Below, in pieces: positions 30,114-38,876 of a DNA stretch of 64,000 bases. Below the pieces are notes generated by a model. That model was not told the DNA's origin, ran no database searches, and was given only the letters and a program-made list of their open reading frames with translations. The stretch's first letter is position 1; each line of letters starts with the position of its first letter. The DNA is from an uncultured Acidobacteriota bacterium. GTDB lineage: Bacteria; Acidobacteriota; Thermoanaerobaculia; Gp7-AA8. The translations under genes were made by a program, and so were the position numbers. Location: NCBI GenBank assembly GCA_963822445.1, contig CAWGHO010000002.1:2469242-2533241 (forward strand), read 5' to 3'.

Positions 30114-30405
30114 GCATGCTCCCCATGAGACTGAAATTGTGAAACCAGGACGTTACGTGAGGGCGTATTTTTGTGGCAGACCATCAGCTGAGTCAACACA
30201 AAATCACTCCAAAACCACCCTGTTTTGGAAGATGGTCGCATGCATGTAAACCCTGAGAAAGTAAGCACTTGGAGGCCAAAATTATGGCGAAACAGCATAA
30301 TGCGTCCACCAAGCGCGATGTTCTGGTCCATAAGCGCTAATAACATTCCTGAAAGGGACGCGCACAGCCCTCGGTGATGGTCGCCACGTTAGAATCCGCG
30401 CCAAC

Positions 30406-30834
30406 ATGAGAGCTGACTGGCACACCTACTTCATGGGCATCGCCCACCAGGCCGCGACCCGCGCCACCTGCCAAAGGAAGCACGTCGGAGCGGTCATCGT
30501 CCGCGACCGGACCGTCCTTTCCACCGGCTACAACGGCTCGATCCGCGGGCTTCCGCACTGCGAGGACGTCGGCTGCGTGATGGAGGACGGCCACTGCGTC
30601 ACGACCGTTCATGCCGAGGCCAATGCCATTCTGCAGGCCGCGAAAAATGGCGTTTCCCTGGACGGTGGTGAGCTCTACACCACCGCCTCCCCCTGCTGGA
30701 ACTGCTTCAAGCTGATCGCCAACGCCGGCATCCGCACCATCTATTACGGCGAGTTCTATCGCGACGAGCGGTCGAGGGAGACGGCGGACAAGATCGGGAT
30801 CACGCTCGTGGATCTGGGGATACCTGCGAAGTGA
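30406..30834 (+). CDS. dCMP deaminase family protein (ComEB-like)
   Basis: VGAVIV, TGYNG, HAEANAI, SPCWNC. Confidence 0.93.
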   Translation: MRADWHTYFMGIAHQAATRATCQRKHVGAVIVRDRTVLSTGYNGSIRGLPHCEDVGCVMEDGHCVTTVHAEANAILQAAKNGVSLDGGELYTTASPCWNCFKLIANAGIRTIYYGEFYRDERSRETADKIGITLVDLGIPAK

Positions 30835-30835
30835 C

Positions 30836-30912
30836 GTTGCGGCGTTTCGGGGTCGCGGGGTTACGAGGTTGCCCGCCGCCCCGCAACCCCGTAACCTCGC
30901 AACCCCGTAACC
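30836..30912. repeat. inverted pair of 8-nt tandem arrays (GGTTRCGR type)
   Basis: GTTGCGG CGTTTCGG GGTCGCGG GGTTACGA GGTTGC ... CCCCGCAA CCCCGTAA CCTCGCAA CCCCGTAA CC. Confidence 0.92.
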
Positions 30913-30913
30913 A

Positions 30914-31507
30914 ATGCTCGTCCTCGCCGCCGATACCTCCCTCCCCATCCTCTCCGTCGCCCTCATCAGCGACGGCGTACTGATCGGAGCCATGGCCTTG
31001 GAGGGGCGGGGGTCGCGCAACGAGAAGTTGCTTCCCGCCGTCGACTGGCTGCTGACCGAGAACAACATCGACCGCCGGACGATCGACCTTCTTGCGGTGA
31101 CCCGGGGGCCGGGCTCGTTCACCGGCGTTCGCATCGGGCTGGCGACGATGCAGGGGCTGGCCATGGCCATCGCCAAGCCGGTTTGCGCGATGTCGACGCA
31201 TGAAGCCATCGCTCACAGCGAAGAGGGGCGCGTGGCGGTCGTCGATGATGCAGGCCGCGGCGAGCTCTATGTCTCGACCTTCGACGACGCCCGCGAAGAA
31301 ACGGCACCGCATCTCGGCCAATTGCCGGAAGGGCGCGTGATCCGCGTCGCCGACTTCGTTCAGTACGACAACGTGGCCCTCCGCTGCGCGCGCCGGGCCA
31401 TCGAGATCGAGCAGCGCGGCGAGGGCTTCCGCTATCGCGACGTCACGCCGATCTACGTCCGGCTCGCCGAAGCCGAGGTCAAGCTGCTGCAGAAGCAACA
31501 TGAATGA
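30914..31507 (+). CDS. tsaB: tRNA threonylcarbamoyladenosine biosynthesis protein TsaB
   Basis: LAADTS, GPGSFTGVRIG, DAGRGELY, PIYVR; upstream of rimI. Confidence 0.95.
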   Translation: MLVLAADTSLPILSVALISDGVLIGAMALEGRGSRNEKLLPAVDWLLTENNIDRRTIDLLAVTRGPGSFTGVRIGLATMQGLAMAIAKPVCAMSTHEAIAHSEEGRVAVVDDAGRGELYVSTFDDAREETAPHLGQLPEGRVIRVADFVQYDNVALRCARRAIEIEQRGEGFRYRDVTPIYVRLAEAEVKLLQKQHE

Positions 31508-31940
31508 GGTGGTGATCGAGCCGGTCACCGTGGCGGACCTCGACGCCATTCATGCGATCGAGAGTACGTCCTTCCCCGCGCCCTGGCGGCGCGAGTTCTT
31601 CGCCAGCGAGCTCGTTGCCGACTGGCGCTTCAACCTCGTCGCGCGCCGCGACGGCGTCGTGATCGGCTATCTGTTCGCGATGTGGCTCTTCGACGAGCTG
31701 CACGTGAACAAGATCGCCGTCGCCGAGGCCGAGCGCCGCAAAGGCATCGCCGACACGCTCATGGCCCGCTGCCTCGAGTTCGCCCGCACGCACGAGGTCC
31801 GCACGATCACGCTGGAAGTGCGCAAGTCCAACAGCGGCGCGCAGGACTTCTACCGCCACCTCGGCTTCCAGAGCTCGTACATCCGGCCGCGCTACTACCC
31901 GGACGGCGAGGCGGCGGTGGTGATGACGCGCTCCGTTTAG
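31500..31940 (+). CDS. rimI: ribosomal protein alanine N-acetyltransferase
   Basis: IE..SF..PW, RRKGIA, LEVRKSN..A..FY...GF....RPRYY.DGE.A. Confidence 0.93.
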   Translation: MNEVVIEPVTVADLDAIHAIESTSFPAPWRREFFASELVADWRFNLVARRDGVVIGYLFAMWLFDELHVNKIAVAEAERRKGIADTLMARCLEFARTHEVRTITLEVRKSNSGAQDFYRHLGFQSSYIRPRYYPDGEAAVVMTRSV

Positions 31941-32908
31941 TCGAGCCAGCGCACCGTGTACGTCCTCGGCTGCGCTAGCTGCTCGCGGATCGCGGTCTCG
32001 ATGTGACTGGCGTTGATCACCGAGGTCGACTTCCGCGGCATCGCCGCAAGCTCTTCACCGGTCGGCAACTCTTCCTTCAGCAGCGCGGCCAGCGGATCGG
32101 GAGAGACCCACTTTCCTTCGAGCGCGGCGATGGTGGCGAAAAGGTCGATTCGTTCGATGACCAGCTCCTTCTCGCCGGGCGCGCGGATGACCATCCTTGC
32201 GGGGAAGGGGTTGTAGATGAGATCCGCCTCTTCCGCGAAGGTGAATGCGTCGTCCTCATGCGCGTCCATCCGCTCGGCAATCCGCTCCATCGATTCGATG
32301 ACCGCTGTCAGCAACGACTCTTCATCCTCGAGCACAGCCGCTTCCTTTTCGTTGACCAGCGCCGCGAAGACGAACTTCGATCGATGTGGATTCTCGTCGA
32401 GGTAGTCGTAGAGGTGATCGATGGCGACGAAGTAGCGCGCGACGTCCCTCGACCACGCGTGCAACTCCTCTTCGAAGTGGCGGATCTGCTCGCGGGACGC
32501 GCGCGAGCTCGAGCCGGGATAGAGCGACAGCTCGCGCCAGCCCTCGCCGCGAATCAGATTCAGGGTGATGTTCGTGTCGGAGAACAGCCGCTGCAGATCG
32601 TCGGCGGGGATGCGAATGCGTCGCGTAACGCGCTCCAGCTCTCCCTGCCGCCGCGCGAAGGTGATCTCCTCGGACTGCGGATCCATGCGCGCGAACCGCA
32701 CCGTCCAGGGATCGAGGCCCTGCAACGCCGCGCTACGTGCCGACTCGACGCGCTGGCTGCTGTTCCCGTGGTCGAACAAGGTCTCCGCGGTCACGGTGAC
32801 CTCGTCGCGATCGTCGTGAAACTGCACGACCACTTCGTCCCGCACCGGCAACCGCCCGCACGCGGTGGCGAGCAGCAGCACCGCGAGCGCGGCCAGCCTT
32901 CTCGGCAT
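31937..32908 (-). CDS. hypothetical lipoprotein
   Basis: MPRRLAALAVLLLATAC lipobox; start overlaps the stop of the upstream permease gene, with GGAGGAG SD. Confidence 0.75.
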   Translation of the reverse strand: MPRRLAALAVLLLATACGRLPVRDEVVVQFHDDRDEVTVTAETLFDHGNSSQRVESARSAALQGLDPWTVRFARMDPQSEEITFARRQGELERVTRRIRIPADDLQRLFSDTNITLNLIRGEGWRELSLYPGSSSRASREQIRHFEEELHAWSRDVARYFVAIDHLYDYLDENPHRSKFVFAALVNEKEAAVLEDEESLLTAVIESMERIAERMDAHEDDAFTFAEEADLIYNPFPARMVIRAPGEKELVIERIDLFATIAALEGKWVSPDPLAALLKEELPTGEELAAMPRKSTSVINASHIETAIREQLAQPRTYTVRWLD

Positions 32909-34104
32909 CACTCCTCCTTGATCGCCGCGATCGGATCGAGCCGCGACGCGATGCGGGCCGGATACCAGGTCGCGATCACGGAGAGGATGATCGCCACGAT
33001 GTTCACGCCCACGACGTCTGAGACGTCGAGCGAGAACGGGAGGTAACTGATGAAGTACATCTCCGCGGGAAGGGGAATGAGCTGCCAGCGATTGGCCGCC
33101 CAGGACACGCCGATGCCGAAGACATTCCCCAGGATCGTGCCGGTGATGCCGATGAACAGGCCGAGCTGCATGAAGAGCGAGAGGATGTTTTTCTCGGTCG
33201 CGCCGAGCGTTCGGAGCACGCCGACCGAGGGACGCTTTTCGAGGATGAGCATCGAGAGGGAGGAGACGAGGTTCAGCGCGGCGACGAAGATGATCAGCGA
33301 GATCGTGGCGAACATCACGATCTTCTCCAGCCGCAACGCCAGAAAGAGCGGCCGGTTGATTTCCTTCCAGGTCTTGAATTGCGCGCCGCTGAATCGCGAC
33401 GCCAGCGCGCTTTGAACTTCCTCGGCACGCTCGGCCGGTCCGAACATCTCGATCGCCGTCGGCCCCTCCGTCGTTGCGAACAGCGAGGAGGCTTGGTCGT
33501 ACGGTAGCCACGCTTCGGTCGTGTCCTGCTCGCCGGCGGGATTGACGATGCGGGTGATGCGATAGCGGCGCATGACCGGAACCGGTCCGAATGGAGTGAG
33601 GCGCATTCGCGGAGCGATCACGGTTACGTGGTCGCCGGTGTTGAGCGAGAGCGAGGCCGCGAAGCCGCGAGTGAGATAGATCTGCGGCTCGTCGGGATCG
33701 ACGATCGCGTTGCGGCGGCCACGATCGTCCTGCGGCTCATGACCCGGTGTGATTGAACGGATGCGCATCGGCCGGCCGCGGCCCTGATCGGCGCTGCCGC
33801 CCCAGGCGATGCCGCTGACGAACGCGCGAACGTCCTTCATGCCCATGCTGCGCGCCGCCGCGACGATCTCCTCCGATCGCTCGATGGTGTTGCGTCCCGC
33901 CGGCTCGACGAGCAACTGCGGGCTGGATTGGATCAACCGCCCCTTGATCTGCCCCTGCAGTCCGGAGAGCAGCGCGATCGAGATCAACAGCGTGGCCACG
34001 CCTACGGCCAGCCCGAGCATGCTGATGAAGGAGAGAAACGCCGTGTGAGCCTGCTTGCGTGCGGCCCAGAGATAGCGGCGGGCGATGTGGGATTCGAGGG
34101 ACAT
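32908..34104 (-). CDS. LolC/LolE-family ABC permease
   Basis: IARRYL, ISMLGLAVGVATLL, TWKEIN..LF.AL.LEK, LRTLGA, YPARIASRLDP. Confidence 0.92.
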   Translation of the reverse strand: MSLESHIARRYLWAARKQAHTAFLSFISMLGLAVGVATLLISIALLSGLQGQIKGRLIQSSPQLLVEPAGRNTIERSEEIVAAARSMGMKDVRAFVSGIAWGGSADQGRGRPMRIRSITPGHEPQDDRGRRNAIVDPDEPQIYLTRGFAASLSLNTGDHVTVIAPRMRLTPFGPVPVMRRYRITRIVNPAGEQDTTEAWLPYDQASSLFATTEGPTAIEMFGPAERAEEVQSALASRFSGAQFKTWKEINRPLFLALRLEKIVMFATISLIIFVAALNLVSSLSMLILEKRPSVGVLRTLGATEKNILSLFMQLGLFIGITGTILGNVFGIGVSWAANRWQLIPLPAEMYFISYLPFSLDVSDVVGVNIVAIILSVIATWYPARIASRLDPIAAIKEE

Positions 34105-35252
34105 TACAGTCGTTGCAGCGCGGCAACCGCTTCCTCGAGAACCTCGTTCGCAATCGAAAACGACATCCGCAAATGCCCTTCCCCTTCCGGGCCGAACACC
34201 GCGCCGGGAACTGAAGCGATGGACGTGCGGTCGAGCAGGGTCTCCATCGCTTGCCAGGAGTCGTTGCCGAGGCGCTCGCGGACGTCGGGGAAGGTGTAGA
34301 AGGCGCCGGGCGGGGTGAGGCAGCGAAAGCCGGCGCTGTTGAACGCGTCGACGAGCAGGTCGCGGCGTCGGCGATACTCGACACGAAACGGCTCGAACCA
34401 CGATCGATCGTGCGTGATGGCTGCGACCGCGGCGTATTGCGTCGGCGTGGAGACGCCGTTCACGCTGTTGAGTACCAGCTTCCGGATGAAGTCCATGAAC
34501 GGCTTGTCGGCGACGAGGTAGCCGATCCGCCAGCCGGTCATCGAGAAGCTCTTGCTGAAGGTGTAGACGGTGATCGTTCGCTCGAGCATCCCCGGCATCG
34601 ACGCGATCGAGACGTGTTCCGCGTCCCAGGTCAGGTCTTCGTACGCCTCGTCGGCGATCACGGTGAGGTCGTGCGCGATTGCGAACTCGGCGACGGCCCA
34701 CAATTGCTGGCGGGTGAGCATGTCGCCCGTCGGATTGGCGGGCGAGTTCACGTAGATCACGCGCGTCCGCGGCGTGAATCGCGACTCCAGCACCTCGCGC
34801 AGCTCACCGCGGCCACGGACTTCGTCCCACGGCACGCGCACGGCTGTGCCGCCGGAGAAGCTGACCTGATCGCGGATCGGCGTCCAGTACGGCGCGAGGA
34901 ACATCACGTTGTCGCCCGGATTCACCGAGGCCTGAAACGCGCAGAACAATCCGTGCGCACCGCCCGCGGTGACGATCAGTTGGTCAGTGGTCACGGTGAT
35001 GCCGTTTTTCCGCGCGAGCTTCGCCTGCAGCGCGTCGAGCAGCGTCGGGATGCCGGAGGAGGCCGCGTAACGGGTGTGGTTCGCATCCAGCGCGGCCTTC
35101 ATGGCCTCTTTGATGAAGTCCGGCGTGGCCATGAACGGCTCGCCGCCTTCCAGCTGGATGACGCGCTCCCCGCGCGTTCGCATGGCGAGCACGCGGTTGC
35201 GGATTTTGACGATGTCGGAGAAGCCGAGAAGGGATGCGCGGGTGGCGGTCAA
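34104..35252 (-). CDS. class I/II PLP-dependent aminotransferase
   Basis: GEP, NSPANPTG, DEAYE, FSKSFSMTGWRIGY, GAFY, PGAVFG; probable TTG start at 35252. Confidence 0.93.
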   Translation of the reverse strand: MTATRASLLGFSDIVKIRNRVLAMRTRGERVIQLEGGEPFMATPDFIKEAMKAALDANHTRYAASSGIPTLLDALQAKLARKNGITVTTDQLIVTAGGAHGLFCAFQASVNPGDNVMFLAPYWTPIRDQVSFSGGTAVRVPWDEVRGRGELREVLESRFTPRTRVIYVNSPANPTGDMLTRQQLWAVAEFAIAHDLTVIADEAYEDLTWDAEHVSIASMPGMLERTITVYTFSKSFSMTGWRIGYLVADKPFMDFIRKLVLNSVNGVSTPTQYAAVAAITHDRSWFEPFRVEYRRRRDLLVDAFNSAGFRCLTPPGAFYTFPDVRERLGNDSWQAMETLLDRTSIASVPGAVFGPEGEGHLRMSFSIANEVLEEAVAALQRL

Positions 35253-35270
35253 GCGCGCGGATTGTAGATC

Positions 35271-35383
35271 AGTGGGCAGTAGGCGGCGGGCAGTAGGCAG
35301 TGGACCGCCACCCTTCCACGTGCTGGGCGGGGATCCACTGCCCACTGCCCGCTGCGAGCGGCGAAAGCCGCGTACTGCCTACT
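35271..35383. repeat. inverted pair of 7-nt tandem arrays (GGCAGTA type) with internal hairpin
   Basis: AGTG GGCAGTA GGCGGCG GGCAGTA GGCAGTG ... CCACTG CCCACTG CCCGCTG CGAG-cggc gaaa gccg-CGTACTG CCTACT. Confidence 0.9.
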
Positions 35384-36098
35384 CGCTTGGCGGTTTCACC
35401 GGCGTCTGCGAAGGATCGGTCGGCGCCGGGGCCGGCGGCACGATCTTCTCGGGCGTCGTTTCCTTCGACGGCGCGGGCGGGTCTTCGCGATCGCGCCATC
35501 CGGTCGGCGCGCCGTGGAACTGCATGCTGCGGCGATCGTGCTCGGTCGGGTAGAGCTTGATCAGCGCCAGATCGACGAGCTCGGAGTCGAGGATGCGCGG
35601 GTTCACACTGACGGCCATCAGCGCGGGATTGATGCTGAAGGCCTTCGCGTACAGCTCGATGGCGCGCTCCATGTTGCGGCGCTTCTCTTCGATCATGCCG
35701 AGGTTGAAGAGGGCCTGGGCGTGGCCGGGCTTGTGGTCGATGGTGTTGCGGAACGCGCGGCGCGCGCCCATCTCGTCCCCGCTGGCGGCGCGGACCTGGC
35801 CGAGGTTGTACCAGGCCGGGTAGAAGCGGCGGTCGGCGTTGATGGCGCGCTCGAACTCGCGCTCGGCGTCTTTCGGAAAGCCCTTCTGCATCAGCAGCGA
35901 GCCCAGCTCGTTGTGCAGAGTCGGTGAATCCGGGTTCTGCCGCAGGGCGTCCAGCGTGGTGTTGATCTGGGTGTCCAGCGCGCTGCCGGTGTTGAGGTAC
36001 TTCGCGTAGAACGGATTTTCGTAGCCGGCGTCGCGATCGATGAGCGAGCAGCCGGAAAGCACGAGCGCCGTAGCGGCGATGACGAGGAGACGGTTCAT
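35379..36098 (-). CDS. TPR-repeat lipoprotein
   Basis: Lipobox LSGC; TPR units (HNELG, WYNLG, LFNLG); Pro-rich tail. Confidence 0.88.
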   Translation of the reverse strand: MNRLLVIAATALVLSGCSLIDRDAGYENPFYAKYLNTGSALDTQINTTLDALRQNPDSPTLHNELGSLLMQKGFPKDAEREFERAINADRRFYPAWYNLGQVRAASGDEMGARRAFRNTIDHKPGHAQALFNLGMIEEKRRNMERAIELYAKAFSINPALMAVSVNPRILDSELVDLALIKLYPTEHDRRSMQFHGAPTGWRDREDPPAPSKETTPEKIVPPAPAPTDPSQTPVKPPSE

Positions 36099-36104
36099 TC
36101 GATA

Positions 36105-36701
36105 TCAGTCCTGAAGTGGTTTCGCTTTCAACTTCACCTTGCCGTCGATGGTCTCGACGCGGAAGGCAACGGTGTTCACGTGGTATTTCTCGCGAATCGT
36201 GTCGGTCTGCTTCTGCACCATGGCCGCCAACTGGTCGAGGGTGACGTTCGGCGCCTTGCCGAGCTTCACATGTTCCTGTTCGATCTCGGCGTACAGCCTG
36301 CGGATCTGGTCGCCGTTCGCGCCCGGCGTCATCCTTACATACGGGTCAGGGGCCTCAGACGTTCCGCGCCGGGCCTCGGAAGGCGGCGGAGGCGGCGCGG
36401 GCTCGGCGGTCATCGCGGCCTGGCGGCGGCGGAAATCGATCGGACCTTCCTCCCGCTCCCGCATCTTCCGGCCCCACATCTCGCGGAACTGGTTGTAGCG
36501 GGACATGATCGTGGTGAAACGGAAGCGGCGCGTGTTGTCGCGCATCTTCTGCTTGTTCATCTCGTGGATGTAGGACTCGACCTGGTGCCGCTCGAAGGAG
36601 GGGGGCACTTTGATGATCCCGGTGAAGAACTGGTCGTACTTGTTCTTCAGCCTGCGGATGTCTTCCTCGAGTTTGTCGAGCTCGTCGTCCTGTTTGATCA
36701 C
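36105..36701 (-). CDS. protein resembling the MXAN_5187 C-terminal domain family
   Basis: LKNKYDQFF.G....PP...RFRF....SRY......W.R..REREEG; C-terminal F.V...DGKVKLKAKP; GTG start. Confidence 0.75.
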   Translation of the reverse strand: MIKQDDELDKLEEDIRRLKNKYDQFFTGIIKVPPSFERHQVESYIHEMNKQKMRDNTRRFRFTTIMSRYNQFREMWGRKMREREEGPIDFRRRQAAMTAEPAPPPPPSEARRGTSEAPDPYVRMTPGANGDQIRRLYAEIEQEHVKLGKAPNVTLDQLAAMVQKQTDTIREKYHVNTVAFRVETIDGKVKLKAKPLQD

Positions 36702-36711
36702 GTCTTCGCCG

Positions 36712-36718
36712 TAGACTA
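36712..36718. promoter_or_regulatory. putative bidirectional overlapping -10 elements
   Basis: TAGACT (+, 36712-36717) and TAGTCT (-, 36718-36713), each 11 nt from its divergent start codon. Confidence 0.55.
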
Positions 36719-36728
36719 ACCCACCGCG

Positions 36729-38108
36729 ATGGTCAAAACCGGGTCTGAAGCCGTCAATTCCGCTCTGCGGGCCATTCCGTCGGTCGATCGCATTCTTTCC
36801 TCCGAGGCGTTCGGACCGCTGGTGATCGAGTTCGGGCGCGAACGGGTGAAGCAGGGCGTGTCCGAGCATCTCTCCACCCTGCGGGCTGTCCGCGCGCCAT
36901 TCGAGGAAGCCGAAGCGGTCGCGTCCGTACGGGAAGTGTTGTCGGCCGCGACGGGCTCGACCCTGCGCCGGGTCATCAACGGCAGCGGCGTGATGATTCA
37001 CACGAACCTCGGCCGCTCGCCGATCGATCCGTCGATCTGGTCCGAGGCCGCGGAGATCGTCGCCGGGTACTCGAATCTCGAATTCGACGTCGAGGAAGGG
37101 GAGCGCGGCGCGCGGGATGAGCATCTGACCGCGCTGTGCCGGTCGCTGTTCGGCTGCGAGGCGGCCATCCTCACGAACAACAACGCCGCGGGGACGATGC
37201 TCGTGCTCGCGGCAGTGGCGGCGAAGCGGGAAGTGATCGTGTCGCGCGGCGAGCTGGTGGAGATCGGCGGCGCGTTCCGCGTTCCCGACGTCATTCAGCA
37301 GGGCGGGGCGAAGTTGCGGGAGGTGGGGACGACCAACCGGACCCGCGCCCGCGATTACGCCGACGCGATCTCGCGGAAGACCGCGGCCATTCTTCGCGTC
37401 CATCGCTCCAACTTCGACATCGTCGGCTTCACCGAGACGCCGCAGGTCAGCGAGCTGGTGGAAGTCGCGCGGAAGAAGAAGGTGCCGCTGCTGTACGACG
37501 AGGGAAGCGGGCGGGTGGTGGATCTCGCGGCGTACGGGTTCGGATCGGCGGCGACGGTTCGCGAGCTGATTGCGTCGGGAGTCGACGTGGTCACCTGTTC
37601 GACGGACAAGCTGATCGGCGCCACGCAGGGCGGCTTGATCCTCGGATCGGACGAGCTGATCGAGAAATGCCGGCGACATCCGTTGATGCGCGCGCTGCGC
37701 GTGGGGAAGGAAACGTACGCGATCGTCGCCGCGACGCTGCGTGCATTCGCGACCGCGAAGCACGAGCAGCGGATTCCGATCTACCGAATGCTGGCCACGC
37801 CGCTCGACGAGTTGCGTTCGCGCGCCGCGGTGATGATCCGCGGCACATCCGCGGCGATCGTCGACAGCCGCTGCGCCCTCGGCGGAGGAACGACGCCCAC
37901 CGAGACCGTCGCCTCCATCGCCATCGAGCTCGAAGGAAACGCGAATGAGCTGCAGTCGCTGTATCTGCGGAACGACCCGCCGATCGTCGGTCGGATTCAG
38001 AACGACCGGTTCACGATCGACGTCAGGACGCTTCTGCCGGAGGATCTGCCGGCTGTAACTCGGGCCCTCCAAACAGCATCTGGTGAATCTGCACGCGCGA
38101 CTCGGTGA
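36729..38108 (+). CDS. selA: L-seryl-tRNA(Sec) selenium transferase
   Basis: VIN..G...HTNLGR, YSNLEFD...G.RG.R, NNNAA, SRGELVEIGG.FR.PD, EVGTTNRT, DKLIG..Q.G, HPLMRALR..K. Confidence 0.96.
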   Translation: MVKTGSEAVNSALRAIPSVDRILSSEAFGPLVIEFGRERVKQGVSEHLSTLRAVRAPFEEAEAVASVREVLSAATGSTLRRVINGSGVMIHTNLGRSPIDPSIWSEAAEIVAGYSNLEFDVEEGERGARDEHLTALCRSLFGCEAAILTNNNAAGTMLVLAAVAAKREVIVSRGELVEIGGAFRVPDVIQQGGAKLREVGTTNRTRARDYADAISRKTAAILRVHRSNFDIVGFTETPQVSELVEVARKKKVPLLYDEGSGRVVDLAAYGFGSAATVRELIASGVDVVTCSTDKLIGATQGGLILGSDELIEKCRRHPLMRALRVGKETYAIVAATLRAFATAKHEQRIPIYRMLATPLDELRSRAAVMIRGTSAAIVDSRCALGGGTTPTETVASIAIELEGNANELQSLYLRNDPPIVGRIQNDRFTIDVRTLLPEDLPAVTRALQTASGESARATR

Positions 38109-38766
38109 GCAGCCGGTCCTTCGCGCGCAGCGTTTCCCCGGCGGTCGGCAACGGCGTTCCCACTTTGATGGTCACGACGCCGGGCGTCACGCGCCAGCGC
38201 GTGGCGGGAAACACTTCATACGTTCCGTCGATCGCCACGGGCACGATCGGCTGCTCGGATTTGAGCGCCAGCAGAAACGCGCCGCGCTGAAAGGGCCGCA
38301 TCTTCTTTTCGCGCGTCCGTCCTTCTTCCGGAAAGATCACGATGGTGTTGCCCTTGCGGATCCGCTCCGCCGCGAGATCGAACGACTTCACCGCCGTGCG
38401 GCGGTTCTGGCGGTCGATGGGGATGAAGCCGGCGCGCGCGATCGACCAGCCGAAGATCGGGATCTTGAACAGGCTGACCTTGGCCATGAAGCGGATCGGC
38501 TGCGGGATCGCCGCGAAGATGCAGGGGATGTCCAGGTAGCTGTAGTGGTTGGCGACCAGGATGTAGCGCTTGCCGGGCTCGATGACCTCGACGTTCTCCG
38601 CGCGAAGCGTGATCCCCGCCGCGCGGACGAGCGTCTTCGCCCAGAAGCGGATGATCTTCTCGATCAAGGGCGAGGTCGAATTCACCGCCGCGACGGCGAT
38701 CGTCGCGCTCGCACAGGGAATCGTCACCAGCACGGCCACGATGGCCAGCCACACCAGGCGGAGCAT
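38023..38766 (-). CDS. plsC: 1-acyl-sn-glycerol-3-phosphate acyltransferase
   Basis: NHYSYLD, FIPIDR, FPEEGRT, IVPV. Confidence 0.92.
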   Translation of the reverse strand: MLRLVWLAIVAVLVTIPCASATIAVAAVNSTSPLIEKIIRFWAKTLVRAAGITLRAENVEVIEPGKRYILVANHYSYLDIPCIFAAIPQPIRFMAKVSLFKIPIFGWSIARAGFIPIDRQNRRTAVKSFDLAAERIRKGNTIVIFPEEGRTREKKMRPFQRGAFLLALKSEQPIVPVAIDGTYEVFPATRWRVTPGVVTIKVGTPLPTAGETLRAKDRLLTESRVQIHQMLFGGPELQPADPPAEAS

Positions 38767-38776
38767 TGGCGGATTC

Positions 38777-38872
38777 TAGTCGTTAGTGGTTAGTGATTAG
38801 TCGTTAGTAGCCAGAAGGGCAGCGGGCAGCGGGCAGGTTCTACTAACGACTAACCACTAATCACTAACCACT
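38777..38872. repeat. inverted pair of 7-nt tandem arrays (TAGTGGT type) with GGGCAGC units in the spacer
   Basis: TAGTCGT TAGTGGT TAGTGAT TAGTCGT TAGTAG ... GGGCAGC GGGCAGC GGGCAGG ... CTACTA ACGACTA ACCACTA ATCACTA ACCACT. Confidence 0.92.
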
Positions 38873-38876
38873 CATG

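Noticed and set aside
35253-35345. N-terminal extensions of ORFs through repeats (aminotransferase; also 46516-46650)
   Set aside because: They translate heptamer repeats (LPTAYRLP-like). Better starts exist downstream: TTG 35252 with a -10 box, and GTG 46515.
36105-38072. 655-aa minus-strand ORF overlapping selA
   Set aside because: Only the last 198 codons (from GTG 36701) look like a protein; the rest is antisense to selA.
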